Position numbers and translations under genes: made by a program | The notes under the pieces: model-generated | What the model saw: only the letters and a program-made list of their open reading frames with translations | What the model was told of the DNA's origin: nothing | The model's database searches: none | Assembly (NCBI GenBank): GCA_051294375.1 | Contig: CM119265.1 | Coordinates: forward strand, 6,147,489 to 6,211,488 | Length of the DNA stretch: 64,000 nucleotides | Direction: 5' to 3' | From: Paraspadella gotoi | Lineage: Eukaryota; Animalia; Chaetognatha | In this document: piece after piece, positions 12,020-24,393 of the stretch | How the letters are laid out: the number at the start of each line of letters is the position of its first letter | How positions within the stretch are numbered: the stretch's first letter is position 1

Positions 12020-14877
12020 AGATGCGAAAGGTTGAAAGCCAAAAGGAGTGCGGGAAAAAGGCTGAAGATATGCGTTTACGGAAATAGATAGTGATTCAGA
12101 AGAATCAGAGTGGAGTTTATGAAGGATTTGAAAAAAATAGGGAATGGTGTGGCGAGATTTTTTTGAAAGGGAACAAGTAGGGAATGAAACTATTTTCATT
12201 ATAATGATTCGCCATTGCAAATAAGAAGAGAGAGAGAGAGAGAGAGAGAAAGAGCAGAGCGAAGAGAGAGAGAGGAGAGAGACGAGAGAGAGAGAGAGAG
12301 ATGGGGCTGACATCTGGCAAGAGGAAAGACGAAACGTTAAAAGTTGAAGCGGATATGTCCTTTTATCAAATCGAATTATAACAACCGCCGCGGGAACTCT
12401 GTGACGCGCGTAAATCGAGAGAGAGACGTCGTTTGACGCTTGTTACGTGAAGAAGGGGGGGGGGGGACGGAGAGGGAGGGAACGCGGAGGGGGGGGACTA
12501 TAAGAGCTTAGTAAGTGTGGAGACGGAAAATATCACACGGCTCGCTACAGAGCCAGAATACTACATTATAAGAGCTTAGTAAGTGATGACAGAAAATAAT
12601 CACAGGGCCTCGCTACTCGAGCCAGAATGACTATATATATAAGAGCTTAGTAGGAGTGGGATAAGGAAATATCACAGGGTTCGTTGGCTACTCGAGCGCA
12701 GAACGAACTACACTAATAAGAGCTTAGTATGGGTGTGGATGACAGAAAATGCAAGGCCTCGCTACAGGAGCCAGAAAATGAAACTTAAGAGGATTTTATT
12801 AAAGAGCTTAGTTAGGTGGATGGACGGAAAAAATATCACAGGGCCTCGATAACTGAGGCCAGAATGATATAATATAAGAGCTTAAGTAGGGGTGGATAAC
12901 GGAAATGATCACAGGGTCTTGCATACTGAGGCCAGAACGACTACACTATAAAGCTTAGTAGGGTGGATGACAGAAAATAATACACAGGGCCTGTCGCTAC
13001 AGCGAGCAGAACGACTATGTACATTATAAGAGGTTAGTTAGGTGGATGACGAAAATATCCAGGCCTCGTTACTTGAACCAGAAGACGCAGGGGAGGAGAA
13101 AATAGGGGTCGTGCGGAGTTTAGATGTTATAAGAAAAAGGGTCGGGGAAGACGATTAAAGATACGTCAGGCAATTAACATTGGGAATAGAAATGCAGATT
13201 GAATATAGTTGCAGAAAGACCGTGTGTAAGACGGTGGTGTAAGACCGTGTGTTTTTTTAAACGATTCAATGATGTTAAAATTTAAAATGGAGAAAAGGAA
13301 AAGACGCTGCTTGAGGAGAAGTGCTTAAATTCTTGGATCGATCTTTCGTTCTTAAATTCGTGTTTACAATTCAGAGAAGGAAGAGGAAAGAGTAAGGAGT
13401 TTTGATCAACAAAACTTCCTTAGATGCTTTTTTTAGGGTGAGAACGTGCCATTTTTTTATGTGAACGTTGTTTTGATACTTGAACGTTATTACTTTCCTC
13501 TGTCATGTTAAAATTGATGCACGGGCTTCACTGTTCTGCTAGACTCTGTTTGCATTTAGTCGCTCATCTGTATCTCTCTTTCGGGTTAATTCTTCAATTT
13601 TTTTATTCTTTTAGTTTTTAACTACTTTAACTTCTTTTTTCCCTATTCATTATTTGTCATGTTTATCTCATTCTCATTTGCTTCTAATATTTGATACTAT
13701 ATTTTATTCTTCTGAGATCGATGTGCTCCATCGTACGGACTTACTTTCGAGAGCAAGAGACATCTCAAAACAGGATCGGAGACGGGAATATCAATGAGAG
13801 AGCTTGAGGAAAAAATGACAGCACAAGAATAAGATGTCAAGACGTATGTGACTCGACATATCTCTGTTAAACTAAAGAGAATATAAAGATTGCATTTTTA
13901 GAGAAGACTTAGTTTTAGATGAATGATGATATATATATGAGTGAGTATACTAAGAGTAGATGTGGCTTAACACAGCTGCAAAAGGGATAATAGTTATATT
14001 ATAATGATGAAGATTGTCATTGCGTTGAGCTACGCACACAGAAATCGCCCTCCTGTATTTGAATGCAAGTACAAAGATCAATTACTTAGAGGGGTCTATC
14101 AATACAATGCACCACCTCTTTGAACTTATCCCATATTATTGATAGATCGAGTATCTGGGAGTGAAGTAACCAGACGAGATAGTCTATTGAAAGCTACAGG
14201 ACGCTATCTTTTAGAATTGAATGGAGCCTTTAACAAAAGCTTCCAATAGAGGGAGTTATAGTTATATATTAGAATAAAATTTATTTGGAGACAATAATTT
14301 AGTATTGGTCTGTACTATTTCATCGATGAAGAAAATAGTTCACACTAACGAGACAGGTTTTAAAATGTGAAGTCACAGAAATTAAATAACAGCGACCTGC
14401 ATACATAGGCGCGGAGTACATACTGACGTATCTAACATACGGATTCACGTCTTGACAACTAAGTACGCAAGATCTCGGAAGAAGAGCGAACAAATTGACC
14501 GAACGGAATGCTTCGAGAGCGACGGAGCGCTATAATGGAAAGGAGTAGTGCGAGACGTGAGTCGAGAAACTCGGCTACAGTCGGACATGCCACATATATC
14601 CAACAATAGAAGAGCGGTCTGAGTCCCACGCAGGTGAGCACTCTAGAGGGTATATTCGGAAAGAGGAGACAGTTTATATATTTTTCAAGATACAAGCGAG
14701 CATGTAAGAATTAGCGGAACCACGAGTTGTGCAGAGAGACGATGAGAGAAGAGAGAGAGTAACAAGAACATGCAGAACGACGTTGAAACGACGGAGCTCG
14801 CGTGCGCCCTCTAATAGAAGCGGCGCAGAACGCCACGGATTGCGAGTTCAAAGTGCAGCATCGAACGAGAGAGTACA

Positions 14878-14918
<41 letters not shown>

Positions 14919-16430
14919 GGAAAGAGAAGAGAGATAGAGGACAGGTCCGTTCTGAGCGGGAGGAAGGGGGGTGGAGGAGGAGAGGGGATGAGGGGGGAGG
15001 AGAAAACGGCAATTGGGCTTAAGAAAAATGGGGATTAGCCCTGATTATTTTTTTTGTATTTTAAAAGATTGGAGTTAAGAGCAAAGTTATTCCTAGCTAT
15101 AATTTTTTTCCAACACGTTATACTTGAACTCTCGTTTTTAGGAAAAAAATTAATAAAATAACAAAGTGATATAATTCACATAGATTCACGACAATCTCGT
15201 TGGGATGAACTGACTTTTGCATGTTATCTTGTATCTGCTGCTTTTATGGTTTTACAAAAATATACTCATGACTAGAGCCCTTCGTAACAACAGGGAAATT
15301 TTTTGTTTTGTTTTTAACAAATCGAACCCAAGAAAGCGGAGTGTCAACGGGGAAATTTCCCAAAATCCCGGGGGCCTACATATGGTTTCTAACAACGAAT
15401 CCGAGAAGTAAAATCACCGAAAACGCCGTTGAAAGAGGCTAAAACCCGTATCCAGGGAGTCCAAGCTGTTGAACGAAAGTAAGCCGTTTGCCGCAAACTA
15501 CGGCGAAACAAAATCCGGATCAGGAGGCGATGATTATGAACGATTTTTTGCGATTTTTTCCCCCTTTTCCTCCTTATTTCCTCTTTCCCTCTCCTCCTCT
15601 CCTCCTTCTTCTCGATCGAGCGAGGGATTTGGGCCCGAAGCTTTAAGTGGAGTATACTTCTCGTGTAATTTATTACTCTAAGAATAAGATTCATTGAGAT
15701 TTTTTAATTTAAATCAATTGTATTGATTTTCAAGCCCGACTTCATTAGTTCGGTATTCGGGGGTCTAATGTACGGAGTATTGAGAGAAAGAGGGAGAGAG
15801 AGAAAAGGGAAGAGAGAGAAACGGTGGGGTTTAAAAATAAAGAAAACGAAGAAAAAACCTTTTTTTTCAAAATATTTGCGATTAGAAACAAGAAAATTTT
15901 TTTTCGCTCCTGCAACTAAAAAAGGAAGAGAAATAGTGGTGAAGGTAAAAACGCAGCTGCTTTTGTATTTTTTTTTAATTAGAAACGCTTTTAAAATTGA
16001 ATTTTAAAGCATTTATAGAAAGAGAGAGATAATTGGGAGAGAAAAAGAGAAAAAGAGAAAAAAGAGAAAGTTTTTCGTTCGCCGTAGGGGGGGAGAGGAA
16101 GTAAAACCGGAATAATTGTAAAATATTCTCTGTTCAACAGTTTGAATCGAAGATACAGATTAGCTCGACCTCGTCAAGGGAGACCACCATACTAACCTGT
16201 CCAGCGTATAAAAAAAAAAAAAAAAAAAAAAGAAAACCTGTTGGGCCCCGATGGAGGAATTGAGGAAGTCACACTCACCAGCGGGCGGCGCAGACGAAAG
16301 CAAAGTACGAACTCGCGAATACCGGTTGGAGACCAAGTCGTAAAGGAGAAAAAGTCAAAGGAATTAAGGAGGAGAAGAACGAGGGCGAACGACTTTAAAA
16401 TGCCAGCCTTCTGCTATCTAAAAAAGTAAA
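12020..16430 (+). repeat. Error-rich third copy of the 17.4-24.3 kb locus (probable uncorrected long-read fill)
   Basis: Collinear with 17420-17590, the reverse complement of 20955-20340, and 20956-24305, but with frequent 1-bp insertions. The 13700-14870 part is strongly degraded. Confidence 0.85.
12498..13082 (+). repeat. 70-bp tandem repeat array, about 8 units (noisy copy)
   Basis: Unit ATAAGAGCTTAGTAGGGTGGATGACGGAAAATATCACAGGGCCTCGCTACTGAGCCAGAATGACTACATT. Confidence 0.9.
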
Positions 16431-18342
16431 CTACGTCACGATCACTGCGATTCATCTCATGATCGATCTAGCTCTTCTCACTCCGTCTCGTACTCCGGCC
16501 GGATCCCTTTGATACAGTTTGCACAACTCGTCATCGGATCTCTGAGTTATCTCATTCTCTCTACGAACTGATCAATTCTTCTGACACGCGCTCCTACCAC
16601 TCTGATCCTCATCTCCAACACGCTACTCATGTCTGTCCATCCTCATCCATCCATCAGCTTCATACAGTCTCTCCTCGCTCGTCCGCGGGACTGATTCCTG
16701 AATATCAGCACCGCTCCTTAGTCGTCCTCATCATCAGTCTATCTCAGTCCTCCTCATCCTCTTGCTGTCATCGTCNNNNNNNNNNNNNNNNNNNNNNNNN
16801 GAGAGAGAGAGAGAGCGAGAGAATTTATTTCGAATAATCCGCGATAGGCCAAAGACCGCGGGGGTTAATTACAAACAGGGCTCAGCAATGACAGAGGCTA
16901 ACGATGAATAAGCGATCGCGGAAAAAAGTAATTTGGGATGGAAAGGAGGCAACGATAAACAATATACGTTAATAGTCGTTTCTAAATTATTTTATTGGAC
17001 AAACATAACTTAAAAAACTGAAGGTAAATATTGAAAACTTTTTTCGACTCAAATTTTTGAAGAATTAGTTGAAGGCTTGCTTAGTGCTTACTGCTGAGTG
17101 ATGCTCATGACTGCCCGTATATTTGTTGCAGGTTATGACTCATTATATCAGAACAGTTTTTGAACCACTGAAAAAAAACATTAAGCCGTTCTTACAACAT
17201 TTACCGCTCATCAACTTTGCCTCAGACTTTAAATTTAAAGTAACAAATTTAACAATTTTCAGTGAAAAATAAAATTTTTTTCTACTGATTTTTTTTTCAG
17301 TGCTTGCGTGAATTTTATTTGAACGGAAAAGTATTTAGATTCATTCAATGATATCGATGGAGAAGTGGAAAAGTCTTTTTCCCTTTGAACTGAGATGGAA
17401 CATTTCACGTGAAGTGAAAGGTTGAAGCAAAGAGCGAGGAAAAGGCTGAAGATATGCGTACGGAAAAGAAGTGATTCAGAGAATCAGAGTGAGTTTAGAA
17501 GGAAGTTTTGAAAAATAGGGAATGTGTGGAGATTGTTTGAAGGGAACAAGTAGGGAAGAAACTATTTTCAAAATGATTCGCCATTGCAGANNNNNNNNNN
17601 NNNNNNNNNNNNNNNGTTGAAATCTTATCTTAGGAGTAATAAATATCACGAGAAAGTATACTCACTTAAAGCTTCGCGCCAAATCCCTCGCTCGATCGAG
17701 AAGAAGGAGGAGGAGGAGGAGAAGGAGAAAGAGGAATAAGGAGGAAAAGGGGGAAAAAAATGCAAAAATCGTTTTCATAATTCATCGCCTCCTGATCCGG
17801 ATTTTGTTTCGGCGTAGTTGCTAGGCAACGGCTTACTTTCGTATCAACAGCTTGGACTCCCTGGATACGGGTTTAGCCTCTTTGGCAACGGCGTTTTCGG
17901 TGATTTTACTCTCGGATTCGTTGTTAGGAAACCATATGTGGCGATGGAATCGTGAACTCCGCTTTCTTGGGTCGATTTGTTAAAAACAAAACAAAAAATT
18001 TCCCTGTTGTACGAAGGGCTCTAGTCATGAGTATATTTTTGTAAAACCATAAAGCAGAGATACTAAGATAACATGCAAAGTCAGTTCTCCCAACGAGAAT
18101 TTGTGTGTGAATTATATCACTTTGTTGATTTTATTAATTTTTTTCTAAAACGAGAGTTGCAAGGTATAACGTGTGTAAAAAATATAGCAGGAATAACTTG
18201 CCTCTAACTCCAATCTTTTAAAATACAAAAAAAATAATCAGGCTAATCCCCATTTTTTAAGCCAATTGCCGTTTTCTCCTCCCCCTCATCCCCTCTCCTC
18301 CTCCACCCCCCTTTCCTCCGCTCAGAACGACCTCGTCCTCTA

Positions 18343-18437
<95 letters not shown>

Positions 18438-18449
18438 GGTTGTTCACTC

Positions 18450-18685
18450 TCATCGATTTCCGATGCCCCGTGGCAACTTTTGTGGCAACTGCGGCAAGTC
18501 CGTGGCGATTCTGCCGCCGCTATCTTTATTAGAGGCGCCGCGAAACCGCGAAGCCTCGGTCAGTTTTTCGACGTTCGTTACGAGGTTGGCGGATGTCGTT
18601 GTTGTCGTTGTTGTCGTTGTTGTAGCCTGTGATGAGGTCGTAGTCATATTTTTTGTCTGTGACTCAATTATTAAAACCTTTTCGT
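18450..18685 (-). CDS. Candidate Thr-rich terminal exon (mirrored at about 22604-22840 on +)
   Basis: tctag|-bounded open frame DEKVLIIESQTKNMTTTSSQATTTT...PQKLPRGIGNR*. No family recognised, and the mirrored copy has a 1-bp frameshift. Confidence 0.17.
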
Positions 18686-18719
18686 CTAGATAGAATCTAA
18701 CATTTTTCAATTTCATTCG

Positions 18720-19136
18720 TTATGAAATTGGTACAACCAATACAAAAATTATTTCCATTTATTTAATAATAAGCTAACTTGCCCCTGACTTTGGACAGGC
18801 TTTTGGTGGTTTAAGGCCTCCATCATTCTTACAAGATAGCAGGTCCCTGCAAGCTTTCAATCAAGACTCTCTCACAGTCTGGTTTATTCACTCCCAGAGT
18901 ACCTGGCTTCCCTATCAATAGAAGTGGTATAATGTTTTCAAAGAATGTTTCAATTGTATGAAAGACCACTCTCTTAAGTATTAGATCGGGGATATTGTAC
19001 TCCGCCCAGCATCAAATACAAGGAGCTGGATTTTATGAAATTGGTACAACCAATACAAAAATTATCCATTCATTTAATAATTAAGCTATCTTGCCCCTGA
19101 CTTTGGACAGGCTTTGGTGGTTTAAGGCCTCCATCT
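18720..19136 (-). mobile_element. Penelope-like 3'-end family, partial-tandem copy (mirror of 22158-22570)
   Basis: Reverse complement of 22158-22570; the terminus ATGAAATTGGTACAACCAAT occurs twice (about 18722 and 19035). Confidence 0.7.
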
Positions 19137-20112
19137 CTCTTATATCACATCACATCACATCAATATCATATCATATCATATCATTATATCATAGAAACTA
19201 GAAAAGGTTCTTGAACTTCTAAATATAATGATATTTCTTTTTTATTTGGTTTCTCTTTTTGTTTTTCTAACCAAATATTTGTCGATGTTCAATTACGGCT
19301 TCTTCTATTCTTTTATTTTTGTGTGTATTTTTTTTCCTCCAAGCTCTTTCTTTCATTTTTGATATTTTCCGCTCCGCTGAGTTTTTTTCTTTCTTGCCGA
19401 GAAGCTAAGTGGCCGAGGCGATGGAGCAAGGCAAAGAAACCGAGAAAATGAAAGATGATAGGAAATATTAGGAAGCCAAAATTGAGAAAATGGAAGGTAT
19501 AAAATGAAGGCAAAGATGAGAAGTTGAATAAAGAGGAAAAAGGAAAGGAAAGTTAAAGTAAGTGATAAAACTAAAAAAAAGAAAATATTAAAAAATTGAG
19601 AAAGAAAATAAATCGCCGGAAAAAAAAAGAAATGGAGATACCACAAAAGAAAAAATGAGGAGAGCGTACCAATGCAAACAGAGTCTAGCAGAACAGTGAA
19701 GCCAAACGTCGCATCAAATTTACATGACAGAGAAAGTAATAAACGTCAAGTATCAAAAACAACGTCACATAAAAAAAATGCCGTTCTCACCCTAAAAAAG
19801 CAGTAGAAGTTTTGTGATCAAAACGTCGCTTCCTCTTCCTCTTCCTTCTCTGAATTGTAAAACGAATTAAGAACGAAAGATCGATCCAAGAATTAAGCAC
19901 TCTTCCTCAAGCAGTCTTCCTTTTCTCCCATTTTAAATTTTAACTCATGAATGTAAAAAGACACACGGTCTTACACACCGTCTTACACACGGTCTTTCTG
20001 CAACTATTTCAACTGCATTTTATTCCAATGTTATTGCTACGTATCTTAATCGGTCTTCCGACCCTTTTTCTTTACTCTAACTCCGCACGACCCCTTTCTC
20101 CTCCCCTGGTCC

Positions 20113-20665
20113 TTCTGGTTCAGTAACGAGGCCCTGTGATATTTTCGTCATCCACCTATACTAAGCTCTTATAATGTACATAGTCGTTCTGGCTGCTGTA
20201 GCGAAGGCCCTGTGATATTTTCTGTCATCCACCCTACTAAGCTCTTATAGTGTAGTCGTTCTGGCTCAGTAGCAAGACCCTGTGATATTTCCGTTATCCA
20301 CCCCTACTTAAGCTCTTATATTATAGTCATTCTGGCTCAGTATCGAGGCCCTGTGATATTTTCCGTCATCCACCCTACTAAGCTCTTATAAATGTAGTCA
20401 TATCTGGCTCTGTAGCGAGCCCTGTGTATTTTCTGTCATCCCACCCTACTAAGCTCTTATAGTGTAGTCGTTCTGGCTCAGTAGCAAGACCCTGTGTATT
20501 CCGTTATCCACCCTACTAAGCTCTTAATTATAGTCATTCTGGCTCAGTAGCGAGGCCCTGTGATATTTTCTGTCATCCACTACTAAGCTCTTATAATGTA
20601 GTCATTCTGGCTCTGTAGCGAGGCCTGTGATATTTCCGTCATCCACCTTACTAAGCTCTTATAGT
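20113..20665 (-). repeat. 70-bp tandem repeat array, about 8 units, with trimeric higher-order pattern
   Basis: Same unit as 12498-13082; diagnostic variants recur every third unit. Confidence 0.93.
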
Positions 20666-20838
20666 CCCCCCCCTCCGTCTCCCCGCCCCCCCCCCCCTCT
20701 TCACGTAACAAGCGTCAACGACGTCTCTCTCTCGATTTACGCGCGTCCAGAGTTCCCGCGGCGTTGTTTAATCGATTGATAAAAGCATATCCGCTTCAAC
20801 TTTTTAACGTTTCGTCCTCTTGCAGATTCAGCCCCATT

Positions 20839-20872
<34 letters not shown>

Positions 20873-20955
20873 ATCTCTTCTCGCTCTCTCTGCTCTCCTC
20901 TCTCTCTCTCTCTCTCTCTTCTTATTTGCAATGCGCGAATCCATTAATAAATGAA

Positions 20956-21182
20956 CTGAGCCAGAATGACTATAATATAAGAGCTTAGTAGGGTGGATAA
21001 CGGAAAATATCACAGGGTCTTGCTACTGAGCCAGAACGACTACACTATAAGAGCTTAGTAGGGTGGATGACAGAAAATATCACAGGGCCTCGCTACAGAG
21101 CCAGAACGACTATGTACATTATAAGAGCTTAGTAAGGTGGATGACGAAAAATATCACAGGGCCTCGTTACTGAACCAGAAGG
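20956..21182 (+). repeat. 70-bp tandem repeat, about 3 units (start of the right arm of the inversion)
   Basis: GAGCCAGAA begins at 20958, 21028 and 21098, giving a period of 70. Confidence 0.95.
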
Positions 21183-22102
21183 ACCAGGGGAGGGAGAAAG
21201 GGGTCGTGCGGAGTTAGAGATAAGAAAAAGGGTCGGAAGACCGATTAAGATACGTAGCCAATAACATTGGAATAAAATGCAGTTGAAATAGTTGCAGAAA
21301 GACCGTGTGTAAGACGGTGTGTAAGACCGTGTGTCTTTTTACATCATGAGTTAAAATTTAAAATGGGAGAAAAGGAAGACTGCTTGAGGAAGAGTGCTTA
21401 ATTCTTGGATCGATCTTTCGTTCTTTAATTCGTTTTACAATTCAGAGAAGGAAGAGGAAGAGGAAGCGACGTTTTGATCACAAAACTTCTTACTGCTTTT
21501 TTAGGGTGAGAACGGCATTTTTTATGTGACGTTGTTTTGATACTTGACGTTTATACTTTCTCTTGTCATGTAAATTTGATGCGACGTTTGGCTTCACTGT
21601 TCTGCTAGACTCTGTTTGCATTGGTACGCCTCCTCATTTTTTCTTTTTGTATCTCATTTCTTTTTTTTCCCGCGATTTATTTCTTTTCTCAATTTTTTAA
21701 TATTTTCTTTTTTTTTAGTTTTATCACTTACTTTAACTTTCCTTTTCCTTTTTTCCTCTTTTATTTCAACTTCTCATCTTTGCCTTCATTTTATACCTTC
21801 CATTTTCTCAATTTTGGCTTCCTAATATTTCCTATCATCCTTTCATTTTCTCGGTTTCTTTGCCTTGCTCCATCGCCTCGGCCACTTAGCTTCTCGCGCA
21901 AGAAAGAAAAAAACTCAGCGGAGCGGAAAATATCAAAAATGAAAGAAAGAGCTTGGAGGAAAAAAAATACACACAAAAATAAAAGAATAGAAGAAGCCGT
22001 AATTGAACATCGACAAATATTTGGTAGAAAAACAAAAAGAGAAACCAAATAAAAAAGAAATATCATTATATTTAGAAGTTCAAGAACCTTTTCTAGTTTC
22101 TA

Positions 22103-22152
22103 TGATATAATGATATGATATGATATGATATGATGTGATGTGATGTGATATA
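22103..22152 (+). repeat. (GATAT)n/(GATGT)n pentanucleotide microsatellite
   Basis: Directly visible; mirrored at 19141-19190. Confidence 0.9.
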
Positions 22153-22157
22153 AGAGA

Positions 22158-22570
22158 GATGGAGGCCTTAAACCACCAAAGCCTGTCCAAAGTCAGGGGC
22201 AAGATAGCTTAATTATTAAATGAATGGATAATTTTTGTATTGGTTGTACCAATTTCATAAAATCCAGCTCCTTGTATTTTGATGCTGGGCGGAGTACAAT
22301 ATCCCCGATCTAATACTTAAGAGAGTGGTCTTATCATACAATTGAAACATTCTTTGAAACATTATACCACTTCATTGATAGGGAAGCCAGGTACTCTGGG
22401 AGTGAATAAACCAGACTGTGAGAGAGTCTTGATTGAAAGCTTGCAGGGACCTGCTATCTTGTAAGAATGATGGAGGCCTTAAACCACCAAAGCCTGTCCA
22501 AAGTCAGGGGCAAGTTAGCTTATTTATTAAATAAATGGATAATTTTTGTATTGGTTGTACCAATTTCATA
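22158..22570 (+). mobile_element. Penelope-like retroelement 3'-end remnant in partial-tandem arrangement (about 100 bp + 310 bp)
   Basis: Both units end in ...AATGGATAATTTTTGTATTGGTTGTACCAATTTCATAA. Positions 22307-22374 read DLIL(K)/ESGLIIQLKHSLKHYTTS with one frameshift, resembling the C-terminus of PLE GIY-YIG endonucleases (DL.I.ES.LI....P.LN...S). GAAAGCTT and AATAAA lie downstream. The repeat is certain; the PLE assignment is inference. Confidence 0.6.
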
Positions 22571-22853
22571 ACGAATGAAATTGAAAATGTTAGATTCTAT
22601 CTAGACGAAAAGGTTTTAATAATTGAGTCACAGACAAAAAATATGACTACGACCTCATCACAGGCTACAACAACGACAACAACGACAACAACGACATCCG
22701 CCAACCTCGTAACGAACGTCGAAAAACTGACCGAGGCTTCGCGGTTTCGCGGCGCCTCTAATAAACGATAGCGGCGGCAGAATCGCCACGGACTTGCCGC
22801 AGTTGCCACAAAAGTTGCCACGGGGCATCGGAAATCGATGAGAGTGAACAACC

Positions 22854-22950
<97 letters not shown>

Positions 22951-24313
22951 TAGAGGACGAGTCGTTCTGAGCGGAGGAAAGGGGGGTGGAGGAGGAGAGG
23001 GGATGAGGGGGAGGAGAAAACGGCAATTGGCTTAAAAAATGGGGATTAGCCTGATTATTTTTTTTGTATTTTAAAAGATTGGAGTTAGAGGCAAGTTATT
23101 CCTGCTATATTTTTTACACGTTATACCTTGCAACTCTCGTTTTAGAAAAAAAATTAATAAAATCAACAAAGTGATATAATTCACACAATTCTCGTTGGAG
23201 AACTGACTTTGCATGTTATCTTAGTATCTCTGCTTTATGGTTTTACAAAAATATACTCATGACTAGAGCCCTTCGTACAACAGGGAAATTTTTTGTTTTG
23301 TTTTTAACAAATCGACCACAAGAAAGCGAGTTCCACGATTCCATCGCCACATATGGTTTCCTAACAACGAATCCGAGAGTAAATCACCGAAAACGCCGTT
23401 GCCAAAGAGGCTAAACCCGTATCCAGGGAGTCCAAGCTGTTGATACGAAAGTAAGCCGTTGCCTAGCAACTACGCGAAACAAAATCCGGATCAGGAGGCG
23501 ATGAATTATGAAAACGATTTTTGCATTTTTTTCCCCCTTTTCCTCCTTATTCCTCTTTCTCCTCCTCCTCCTCCTCCTCCTTCTTCTCGATCGAGCGAGG
23601 GATTTGGCCGAAGCTTTAAGTGAGTATACTTTCTCGTGATATTTATTACTCCTAAGATAAGATTCATTGAGATTTTTTTATTTAAATCAATTGTATTGAT
23701 TTTCAAGCCCGACTTCATTAGTCGGTCGGTCTATGTATCGGAGTATTGAGAGAAAGAGGGAGAGAGAGAAAGAGGGAGAGAGAGAAACGGTGGGGTTTAA
23801 ATAAAGAAAACGAAGAAAAAACCTTTTTTTTTTCAATTTGCGATTAGAAAACAAGAAATTTTTTCGCTCTGCAACTAAAAGGAAGAGCAAATAGTGGTGA
23901 AGGTAAAAACGCAGCTGCTTTTGTATTTTTTTTTAATTAGAACGCTTTTTAATTGAATTTAAGCAATTTATAGAAAGAGAGAGATAATGGGGAGAGAAAA
24001 AGAGAAAAAGAGAAAAAGAGAAAGTGTTCGTGCGTAGGGGGGGAGAGAGTAAAACCGGATAATTGTAAAATATTCCTGTCAACGTTTGATCGAAGATACA
24101 GATTAGCTCGACTCGTCAAGGAACACCATACTAAACCTGTCCCAGCGTTTAAAAAAAACCCTGTTGGCCCCGATGGAGGATTGGGATCACCCCAGCGGCG
24201 CGAAAATACGACTCGGAATCGTTGGAGACAAAAAGTCGTAAAAGAGAAAAGTCAAAGGATTTAAGGAGAGAGAAACGAGGCGACTTTTAATCAGTCTTCT
24301 GCTACTAACTCAC

Positions 24314-24316
<3 letters not shown>

Positions 24317-24392
<76 letters not shown>
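24317..24392 (+). repeat. (CT)n microsatellite, representative of dozens of (GA)/(CT) tracts
   Basis: Directly visible. Similar tracts at about 2040-2125, 4398-4463, 5028-5090, 22856-22950, 25173-25243, 26413-26520, 30470-30557, 51740-51858 and elsewhere. Confidence 0.97.

Positions 24393-24393
<1 letters not shown>

Larger units (their letters stand above)
17616..23665. repeat. Large inverted duplication: arms of about 2.7 kb (17616-20340 and 20956-23665), spacer about 615 bp
   Basis: The arms are near-identical reverse complements, e.g. 18450-18720 vs 22570-22840 and 19200-19700 vs 21590-22095. Confidence 0.92.

Noticed and set aside
12498-21182. 70-bp arrays as a CRISPR array or tandem tRNA/snoRNA genes (A-box-like TGGCTCAGTAG; GGATGA...CTGA)
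   Set aside because: Whole units are repeated with no unique spacers and no cas genes, in eukaryotic context. There is no B box or cloverleaf, and the C/D-like words are imperfect.
22261-22570. Solo LTR of an LTR retrotransposon
   Set aside because: There is no conserved TG start, PBS/PPT or 4-6-bp TSD, and copies are variably 5'-truncated with a fixed 3' end. Not fully excluded without a consensus.
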